Assembly: GCA_016124415.1 (NCBI GenBank)
Contig: WGNS01000004.1
Span: 3,926-67,925 of the forward strand
Direction of reading: 5' to 3'
Source: Gammaproteobacteria bacterium
GTDB lineage: Bacteria; Pseudomonadota; Gammaproteobacteria; SZUA-140
DNA length: 64,000 nt
Part shown: piece by piece, positions 48,011 through 57,300 of the stretch
How positions within the stretch are numbered: position 1 is the first letter of the stretch
How the letters are laid out: each line of letters opens with the position of its first letter
Program-made: the position numbers and the translations under genes
The notes under the pieces: model-generated
Told to the model about the DNA's origin: nothing
Databases searched by the model: none
What the model saw: only the letters and a program-made list of their open reading frames with translations

Positions 48011-49741
48011 TCACTCGCCGCGAAGAAACGCCTGATACATGTCATTGAACCCTGCCTCGAGCATGCGCGCAACCCGCCGCCCGTCGCAAAAACCGGCGGC
48101 CTTCAGGCGCGCGCGCATGCCCGTGCGAAGTTCGCGCAGCGCCGTTCGGTCGCGGGCGAAGGCCGCGACCCGGTCGACATACGCGTTCTCGTCAGCCGTA
48201 ATACAATCGGTAAGCCCCATGCAATGCAACATGGAAGCGCTCAAACGCTCGACGTAGCGCTTGCCAGCCAACGTGACCACCGGAACGCCCATCCACAACG
48301 CCTCGGCCGTCGTGGTGCCGCCGGTCCTCGGGATCGTATCCAAGGCGACGTCGACGCCGCCGTACAGGGCGAGATGCGTGCGCGCGTCCGGCGTCCGGGT
48401 CAGCAGTTGCAAGCGGTTTGCCGTTATTCCCGAGCTTGCGAATGATGCGATGAAGTCCTCGCGCACCCCTTGGTCCGCGAACTGTTTGGCCTTGAGGACC
48501 AGACGCGCGTCAGGGACGGCCTGCATGACGCGCGCCCACAACGCCAGGGCTTCGTCCGAGACCTTGCTGAGATCGTTGAAACAACCCAGCGTGAAAGGCT
48601 CGCTCGGCGACCTGTCTGCGACCTCGGGGGCATCCGCCGCCGGCGCGTAACAAAAACTGCACCCGGGCAGCCGCCAGATCCGTTCGCTGCTCGGCTCGGC
48701 GGTATCGTCGGGAGACAGGACCGCATCCGAGAGCCAGTAGTCCATGGCGGAAAGACCGGTCGTCGTGAAATAGCCCAGATAGGTCGCCTGAACGGGCGCC
48801 GGACGATGGACGAAGACACCCAGGCGACCGTCGCGCGTATGACCGGCAAGATCGACGAGCACATCGATACCGTCTTCATGGATCCGACGGGCAACCTCGG
48901 CGTCGCTCAGATTCACGGTCTCCCGCCAATGATCGCTCAAACCCCGTAAACGCTCGGTGACGGCATCCGGCGCGCGCACCTCGGCGTAGCAATAGACTTC
49001 GACACGCTCGCGGTCGTGCGCGGCCAGGATGGGCTCCATGAAATAGGCCACGGAATGCTGCCGGAAATCCGGAGACACGTAGCCGATGCGCAACCGCTTA
49101 GGTAAGGCTCGCGAACGCGAATGGTGATACGGCGCGACCCCGTGAACGGTTTTGTACCGCGCCTCCCAGTCCCGATGCAGTGCCAGCGATTCCTCGGGCG
49201 TAGTGAGGACATGATAGCTCTGCAGCGCGAGATAGGCGCTCATGATCTGTAGCGCCGCGTCCTCGCGCTGCGGGACCAGGTGGATCAGGCGGTTGTCCGG
49301 ATCGCTGGGACAAGCCAGGCCCCGCCGCAGACATTCCGCTGCATCTTTCCACCGCCGGCTGCGGCCATAGAGATTGCCTAGATTCGTATAGGCTTCCGCG
49401 AAATCAGGCCGGATCTCGAGCGCCCGGCGATAGGCTGCCACGGCCTCGCCGGAGCGGCTCAGGATGGCGGCGACCTTGCCGAGGTTATAGAGCGCGTAAG
49501 GATGGTCCGGTTGCGCCGCGAGCGCCTCCCTGAAACAAGCCTCCGCGTCCGGCAAGCGTCCCAAGCGGCCGTTGATCATGCCGGCGAGACAGATCAAATC
49601 TCCATCAAGCGGGTTTTCGGCCAGCGCCGTTGCGCACCCGTTCAGGGCGCCGGCGAAATCGCCGCGATCGACGTGTGCGATGATCGCGGCGAGGCGGGTC
49701 GGCGTCCCGCTCACGGCAACGGTTCGTCCAGGGCCCGGCAC
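48011..49741 (-). CDS. TPR-repeat + GT41 (OGT/SPINDLY-like) glycosyltransferase, paralogue 3
   Basis: 576 aa with the same conserved blocks: RLRIGYVSPDFRQHSVA, DVLVDLAGHTRDGRLGVFVHRPAPVQATYLGYFTTTG, DVALDTIPRTGGTTTAEALWMGVPVVT. An alternative in-frame GTG at 49714 would form a GTGA overlap with the upstream stop. Confidence 0.8.
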   Translation of the reverse strand: MPGPGRTVAVSGTPTRLAAIIAHVDRGDFAGALNGCATALAENPLDGDLICLAGMINGRLGRLPDAEACFREALAAQPDHPYALYNLGKVAAILSRSGEAVAAYRRALEIRPDFAEAYTNLGNLYGRSRRWKDAAECLRRGLACPSDPDNRLIHLVPQREDAALQIMSAYLALQSYHVLTTPEESLALHRDWEARYKTVHGVAPYHHSRSRALPKRLRIGYVSPDFRQHSVAYFMEPILAAHDRERVEVYCYAEVRAPDAVTERLRGLSDHWRETVNLSDAEVARRIHEDGIDVLVDLAGHTRDGRLGVFVHRPAPVQATYLGYFTTTGLSAMDYWLSDAVLSPDDTAEPSSERIWRLPGCSFCYAPAADAPEVADRSPSEPFTLGCFNDLSKVSDEALALWARVMQAVPDARLVLKAKQFADQGVREDFIASFASSGITANRLQLLTRTPDARTHLALYGGVDVALDTIPRTGGTTTAEALWMGVPVVTLAGKRYVERLSASMLHCMGLTDCITADENAYVDRVAAFARDRTALRELRTGMRARLKAAGFCDGRRVARMLEAGFNDMYQAFLRGE

Positions 49742-51282
49742 ATCTCTCCAAGCTGGTGCTCATAGTGCCGCCAATGGCCGAAGCCCTTATCGTTGAGCGG
49801 CTGCCTGACCTGGGTCGTGCTGGCCGTCTTGGCGACGCGGCCGCTCTCGTGAAAACGCAGACACGCATCCGACCAATCGAGTTCGCAGAATTCCAGGAGG
49901 CGCCGCGTTTGCGTCTCCTGGTCGTCGATCAGCGCGCGATGTTCGAAATCCAGGACGAACCCCGGCAGTACCTCGTGCCAATGCTTCATATAGGCGTCGA
50001 AGATGCGGTAGAAACGTCCGACCTCGTACTGATCGTTGGCGAAATAGCCGATGGCGGGGAAGTACTGCATCCAGATGGAGAAGCAGGTGTCCATCGGTTC
50101 GCGCCGGCAGCAAATCACCTTGGCGTTGGGGAACAGCAAACGAATGACGCCGACGTAGATGAAGTTGAACAGTTCCTTGTCGGTCGTACGCGGTAATCCA
50201 TCCCGGTTATAGATCTTCATCCGATCGACGTACTCCGTGGCCAGACCGACCGCGGCACCCGCATCGATCCGCTCCGCAAGTTCGGGAAAACGGCCTACGG
50301 AGCAGATCGTGCGCCAGAGATCCGGGACTTCGCCCGCGGCGATCACGTCGGGATGACTCGACAAAATTTGTTCGACGAGCGTCGAACCCGAGCGCGGCAT
50401 GCCGACGATGAAGATCGGGCGTTCCCGCGACAGGCCGTACCCGCTCCGTTGCGCGAAGAAATCCTTCGTGAACACCGCGCGGGCTTTGTTCAGAGTCTCG
50501 ATGTCGTCTTTGATGTCGTAATGATAGTCGGCGCGGCGCAAACGGTTCGCTTCGCGAAAATGCGCGAAGGCCGCCTCGTATTCCCCGAGATCGTCGTGCA
50601 CCTTGCCGAGCGCGAAATGCAGGTGCATGGCCTTGACGGGAGACAGTTTGGGATCGCCGAGGTGCCGCTCCATGATCCCGGCGTCGCTCTCCTCGCGCGT
50701 ACGATATCGCCGCAACTGGGTCATGAGCCGATAGACCTCGACGCGATCGGGCTGAAGCTTAAGGACATGGGCATAGGCCTCGGCCGCGCCCTCCATGTCG
50801 CCCTTCATCTTGAGTACCAGGCCGAGGTGCGACCAGGCGTCCGCATAATCCGGCCTGGCCTCGATGGCCTTCCGGTACGACGCGATCGCGTCATCCACAC
50901 GGCCGCAACCCATGAGCACGTTGCCGATGTTGTCGTAGGGCTCGGGGGCATCGGGCAAACGCTCGGAAACGCGGCGATAACTCGCCATCGCCTCCTCCCA
51001 GCGCCCCCGTGACTCCAGAGCGACGCCGCGCGCGAACTCATAGTTCGGATTCGCGGGCGCGAGCGCCGTCGCGCGATCGAGCAGCTTCAGCGCATCGTCG
51101 ACACGACCGACGGCCGAAGCGATCGAAGCCAGCCTGAATATCGCTTCCGGGTGGTCGGGCGCGAGCCTCAGGGCGTTACGGAAGGCGGCCTCCGCCTCCG
51201 CGAGTTTGCCCGCTTGTTTGAAGCCCTCCCCTTGCTGAAGGAGGGTGCGGACTTGGGCTTCACGCGTATTCAATGAGTTCAT
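49711..51282 (-). CDS. TPR-repeat + sulfotransferase fusion protein
   Basis: 523 aa with no signal peptide. The N-terminal ~200 aa is TPR. The C-terminal domain has the 5'-PSB loop IFIVGMPRSGSTLVEQILSSHP and later VICCRREPMDTCFS (3'-PB-like). Confidence 0.8.
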   Translation of the reverse strand: MNSLNTREAQVRTLLQQGEGFKQAGKLAEAEAAFRNALRLAPDHPEAIFRLASIASAVGRVDDALKLLDRATALAPANPNYEFARGVALESRGRWEEAMASYRRVSERLPDAPEPYDNIGNVLMGCGRVDDAIASYRKAIEARPDYADAWSHLGLVLKMKGDMEGAAEAYAHVLKLQPDRVEVYRLMTQLRRYRTREESDAGIMERHLGDPKLSPVKAMHLHFALGKVHDDLGEYEAAFAHFREANRLRRADYHYDIKDDIETLNKARAVFTKDFFAQRSGYGLSRERPIFIVGMPRSGSTLVEQILSSHPDVIAAGEVPDLWRTICSVGRFPELAERIDAGAAVGLATEYVDRMKIYNRDGLPRTTDKELFNFIYVGVIRLLFPNAKVICCRREPMDTCFSIWMQYFPAIGYFANDQYEVGRFYRIFDAYMKHWHEVLPGFVLDFEHRALIDDQETQTRRLLEFCELDWSDACLRFHESGRVAKTASTTQVRQPLNDKGFGHWRHYEHQLGEMCRALDEPLP

Positions 51283-51397
51283 CGTGCCTATCTTATCCCA
51301 TGAGTACGTCCAAACACGTGCCGGTCGCCTTTATACCTTGCCGTCATTGCGACCGCACCTCCGATCCCTTTGTACCGGTTCGCCGAAGACCGTCGGA

Positions 51398-54300
51398 TCA
51401 GAAACGGAAGTTCATGCTCATGTTCAACGAGCGCGTATCGAAGGCACCCAAGGCAAGACTCTGGAACGCGATGCGGGTGCCGGACGGCGAATAGACGATA
51501 CCCACGGGAAGATTCGCCCTGGTCTTGCTTTGCGAGTAGACAAGAGAAAGCGACAAATTGTCAGCAAGCTGATAGCTCAAATTCGCAGACAACGCGTCAT
51601 TGAGAATTCGCCGCTTTGCCGCCGTACCCAGGGCGAAGAAGGCGTTCGTATCGTTGTATTCGTGATCGGTTTGCTGATGGCTGATCGAGAAGGCGCCGGT
51701 GAGCTTGGGCACGCCCGGGACCGAGCGGTTATAACTCAGGTTCACGCGCTGCGAGTGGCTCGCGTAGTCCGTACCCAACGGTTCTTCGTTGAATTTCTTC
51801 GAATAGGTGTAACCCAGCGTGACCGTACCCCAGGTAACGCTCGGCATCGACAGCGAGAACGTCAGGCTCGCGTCCCTTGTCTGCGCCAGATACGACTGCA
51901 CCGGGAACGACTTGCCCATCGAAAGGCTCGTCGAAAAGGTCTTGGTACTGGCGACGCTCTCCTCAGGGGCGCCGGTCAGGAAGGCGAACCGGTCCTCCTC
52001 AAGCTTTTGCAGCTTCTCCTTGGCCAGACGCGCCACCCGGCTGTCCCCGCCTTGCGTCACGACCTGTTCGAGCTGGGTCATGCCCTTGTCGAGACTGCGC
52101 AGAGCGATATTGAGATCGCCCAGCATCCACAACGCCGTGAGGTTCTCGGGATGCGATTCCATCATGGCCTCGAGGACGCCCTTGGCCTTGGCGCCGTCGT
52201 TCAAACGACGATAAGCCAACGCCAGATTCAGACTGATCAGCGGATCGTCGCTCAAGACGTCATGCGCCTGTTCCAGCAGATCCTTGGCCTTATCGAAGTC
52301 CTCATCGGCCAGGAGTTCCAGGATCGTGAAGAACTTCAGATGCCTCAGCGCACGCAGATGGAACCAGTGATCATCCGACAAAGACATCAATGACCGCAGG
52401 GATGCCCGGTACTTTTCGTCGCCCGCCTCCTTGGGTTTCGCCTCGATCAGGCGCCAAGAGATGTATTTGTCCTGAGGCCTCAGCGTTCCCGCCTTGCGGT
52501 AGTGTTCCAGCGCCTGCTCGTTTTGACCGAGCAGCATCTCCATGTCCGCGAGCTGGATCAGCGTCGCGGGATCGTCGGGATGGGCCTGGAGATAGGAATC
52601 GAGTTCCTGTTTGCGCTTCTCGCGATCCTCCTTATCCAAATCGTCCGGTTTGACGGCGAACGGGAGCTGCTCGATCGCGTATATACGCTGCGCTTCGTCG
52701 CCGCCGTGCTCGACGACCCAGGCGTAGGCCTCATCCGCATCGTCAAGCTTACCCTCAGCGAGGTAGGCGTCGCCCAGCGCACGATGGGCAAGCGCATTGT
52801 TCTTGTCGATGTCGACGGCGCCTTCCAGATAATTCTCCGCGGCGCCGTATCGTCCCGATGCAAGGGCAAAGCGACCCGCCCACAGGTGAGCGTCGAAGTC
52901 ACGGCTATCCTTGTCCGTCCTCTGCTCAAGCAGCGGCAAGGTGTCGGCATAGGCCTCCAAGTCGTAGAGTTTGCCGATCAGTACGTAGAACTGGACAAGG
53001 TCCTCCTTGGTCATCGCCTTCTCCTGAATCCGGGTGGCGTCCGCCAGGTAGCCCATGCGCAGGCGCCTCCCGCCAAGTTCATGAAGCGCATCCGCCGATC
53101 CCGTCGCCCGATAGACGGCGTCAAGCCAATTCACCGCTTCGGTTTCCTTCTCCGCCTGATACAGGCGGCCCAGCGAATATTTGGCCCAGAGGTCCGATGA
53201 ATCTCTTTCCAGCAGCCCCAAATAGATGGCGGTCGCGTCGGCAGGATGTCCCAGTTTTTCCGCCAGCCATCCGCGCAACAGCAGGGACAAATGGTACCCG
53301 CCGACGCCGTGAGGATCTTCCTTCAGGCGCCGAAGCGCGGTGTCCGGATGGCCGTGCGTAAGATCGGCCAGCACATGCAGCAGGAAAGTCCTGACATCCC
53401 GGACTGAGCTGCCTGCGGGCAGGTCGGTCATCGGCACGTTGGTCAGGTAGTCCTTGAGCCTGTCTTCTTCCCTGGTCTCGAGAGAAATATTCTCCGGTGC
53501 GACCCTGTCCTCGCTGAGGAAATAATCCGGCAGCGGATCTTCGGAGAAATCGAACAGGCTCAGGAACTCCGAGAACGGGTGGTTGAATCGCAATCCGTTG
53601 GAAACGGTCGCATTGGCCGAAGCGCCGCCGAACTGATCCAGCAGCAAACCGTAGCTTTCCGTATAGCCGGCGCTCAGTCCCCAGAAGCTCTTGGGATTGT
53701 TCACGTTCGCGTTGATGCTGATGTTCGGCGCGATACTGTCGTTCTGGGTGCTGTGGTTGGACGAGTGCGTCAAACCCGTCACGATCGCGATATTCGTTTT
53801 CTCCGACGGATGGAACGTCGTCGTCAAACGATAGTTGAACGAGGAGCTGAACGAGGTATTAACCGCGCCGGTGTTGTTGACGTCCTGCTCCTGGATGACG
53901 GACTTTCCCGAGATCAGCGTATAGCCGAGGTTCGACGTGAAGCGTCGCTCCTTGTCCTCGAGATAGCGTTTCCGTTGCCGGGCCGCCTCCACGTAGCGGT
54001 CACCCGCCTTGCCTCGCTTGAGGATCTCCCTCAATTGCGCGATCGCGGCCGCGGTGGCGTTGGTCTGTTCATAGAGCCCGGCCAGACTGAAATGCATGCT
54101 GAGGTCGTCGGGGCTGATGCCGATACCTTCGCGGTAGACCTCGATGGCCTGATCGTAATCGCCCTGCTGACTCTCGAGGAAGCCCAACATACTCTGGATG
54201 CGGCCGTCCTTGAAACCGAGGCTGCGCAAGCGTTCGAGATAACGGATCGCGAGAATGGGCTGGTCTTCCTCATAGAATTTTCTCGCCATCGTGAACAGCA

Positions 54301-57300
54301 GGTCCTTGACGACCGCCATCGCCTTGTCGGGATCCTCCTGGAGCGATATCTCCCGCGAATAAGCGGTGACCGCGTCCATGGCCTTGCTGTCCTGGGCGTA
54401 GGTCACTGCAAGTTGATGATAGACCGAAGGGTCGTCCGGCATCAGACGGGCCGCCTCCTGCAGCGACGTGATGGCCTGCTCGTATTCACCGCTAAACGCG
54501 TAGAACAAGCCCAACTGAAGGAACGCGCGGCCGTTGTCCGGATTCTCGCGCGCGAACTTCTTCAACACCATGGCGGCTTCGTCATACTTTTTGGCCTGCG
54601 CCAGGGCGCCGACGCGGGCGCGATAGAGATCCGCGAGTTCCTTGACGACCTGTTTGGTGTACTTGCCCTTCCGGTTGGTGTTGAGATAATCCTCCAGCGT
54701 CGAAATCGCCTGATCGTTACGTTTGGTCTGCAGGTAAAGGCGGGACAGGCGCCACAAAGCCTCGCCGTTCGCGGGTTCGACCGCGAGGATCGAATGCAGC
54801 GTCTTCTCGAGGTTGGCCAGGTCGTTGGTTTTCTGGTAGATCTCGGCGATGCGCTCCAGGATCATCGGATTGTCCGGAACGATTTTCAAAAGCTGGTCGT
54901 AAGCATCCAAGGCCTTGGGCCAATCCTGTTTGGTCTGCAACTCCACGGCCTTGTCGAATCCGATCAGCGTCAAGGCGGCCAGTGCCTCTGGTCCGGAAGG
55001 TTGGATGGCCAGAATGGCCTTGACGTGAGTAAGCGTCTGCTCATCCTTGCCCTTTTCGTGATAGAGCTGCGCCATGCGCAGACGGATGCGAACGTTATTG
55101 GGCTCCAGGGCCACCAATCGCTCGAATACCCGATCGGCTTCCGCGGACCGTCCCAGCGCCAGGAGGGCCTTGCCTTCGAGCCCCAGCAGCTGGACGTCCT
55201 TGGGCATCCGTTTCAACAGGCCGTCGTAGATTTTGAGCGCCTCGGCGATGTGGCCTTCGCTGTCCAGGACCCGGGCACGGGTCACCAACATGCGCTCCCG
55301 GGCCTTGTCGTGGGTCGGACCGGAGGGAAGCAACGTCGTGACTCGGTGGTAGGCCGCCTCCGCCTTCTTCATATCGCCGGAGGACTCGTAGACCTCCGCA
55401 AGGTTCATGAGCAGCATGCCGTTTCCGGCCGACAGTTCGGCGCTCTGTTCGATCGCCTCGATACCCTTTGCACGATCGCCCATCTTGAGTTCCGCCTGTC
55501 CCAACCAGTAAAAGGCCTGGGCATTGCGGCCGTGCTTCAGCAAGGCCTCGGAAATCTCCTTGACGTGCCCGTAGTAAAGACGCAGGTACAAGTCCTTGAT
55601 GAGGTCCAATGCGGACGCCTCCAACTGAGGCGTCAACGACGCGGTCGACGTCAAATTGGACACCATGGCCGCACTCTGGGCGCCGAATATCTTGCCCAAA
55701 CTATCGATCGCCCGCTTCGAATACGGATCGGTGGGGCCTTTCCTGGCCACGATCTCCAGCTCCTTGATGGCGGCATCCACGCGCCCTTCGTCGGCCAGGA
55801 GCGTGCCCAGGGCAAACCGCGCCTCGGAAAGATTGCCGTCCATCTCGACGACGCGGCTGTACTCCTTCTTGGCGAGGTCGATCCGCTTTGTTCCGACGAA
55901 AATCCGGGCCTGACGCAGCAGGACCTCCGGCGCATTCGGCACCAGCCGAACCAATGCCGTCACCTGATCGCCGGCTTCCTGCCATTGCGACTGCTGGATC
56001 AGCCGGTCGACGTCGTAGACTCCGAGTCCGGCCAGCGCCTGTTTTCTCAGGCTCGGGATCTTGGCCGCGTTCAGGACCCGGGCGTAGTTTTCCCGGGCAT
56101 GTTCCTCGTCGCCCTGGTCGTGATAGAGCTCCGCCAACGCGAGGGCCACGGCCGCCGAAGAGGAATCCTCGCGCAGGATGTCCTCATAGACCGTAGCGGC
56201 GAGCGTTTCGCTCTTGGCCTCGCGATAGGCATCCGCGAGCACGAGTTGGATATCGGTATTGCCGGGATGCTCCACGAGCGCCTGCTTGAGCAGTACGACG
56301 GCATCGGTAGGCCGCTTGAGTCCGATCAGGGCGCGCCCCATCATCCGATACGGCGTAATCAGGTCGGGGCGTCCGGCGATGATCCGTTCCGCGACAGTCC
56401 GGACCGATTGATACAGCTCGTCGTCCAGCATCCGCTGCAAAAGCGGGAACAGTTGTCCCTGTCCCTCGTCCCCAAGCTTATCGATGCCTTGGTCTTCAAG
56501 GATCTTGTTCGCCTCGCGCTCCTGAATCTCGGCGAGGATGGTCTTGGCCTGGTCCTTCCACTTCTTGGCGACCATCATGCTGGTGACGAGGCGCGCCTCG
56601 TTGATCGCCGCCTCGTCGTTCTCCGCCTTTTGATAGGCACGCGCAAGCTGAATATGATAATCGGCCTTGTCCGGCGCCTCGTGGATTGCGGTCCGATACG
56701 CGGCGATGGCCGCATCGTAGTTTTCGAGCGCCATATAGACGCGTGCGATCTCCTCGTTCGCGACCGGCTCGCTGGGCACGATCTTGAGCACCTTGCCGTA
56801 TTCGATCAGGGCTTCCTGATATTTTTTCTCCTTGAAGTAATTACGCCCCGCCTCCATGCCCATGCGGTCCAGGGCTTTCGTACGAATCTCATCGGGCGCG
56901 CCCTGCTCTAGCAGTATCCTTGCCTCGTCGTCCGCCTTGTCTCGCTGTCCGAGTTTTTCGTAAACCGTCACGAGTAGGCTGCGTGAGTCGAAGTCGAAAG
57001 GCTGTTTGTCCAGCAGCTTGTTCAGGATTTCCGATGCCTTGTCGAGCTTGCCCGCTTCGACGTACGCGTTGGCCAAGGCCGGCACGAGCAGGAGATTTTC
57101 CGGCGCCAAGGCCAGGCTCTTTTCGAGCGCCGCGACCTCGTTGTCGAAAGACTTTCTCGCCTTGTAGACCTGAGCCAGCCAATAGTGCCCCGGGGCCTGG
57201 TCCGGGTCGATTCTCAGCAAACCTTCGAACATGGTCTGCGCCTCGTCCAACTCGCCGTTGTCGAGATGCTTTCTTCCCTGGGTGACCATTTCCTTCTTGA

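Noticed and set aside
45159-48048. Alternative-frame or antisense ORFs inside the GT41 genes (45159-46205, 46070-46762, 46813-48048)
   Set aside because: Their Arg/Pro/Gly-rich translations are typical of off-frame reading in high-GC DNA. The annotated frames carry conserved GT41 blocks shared by three paralogues.
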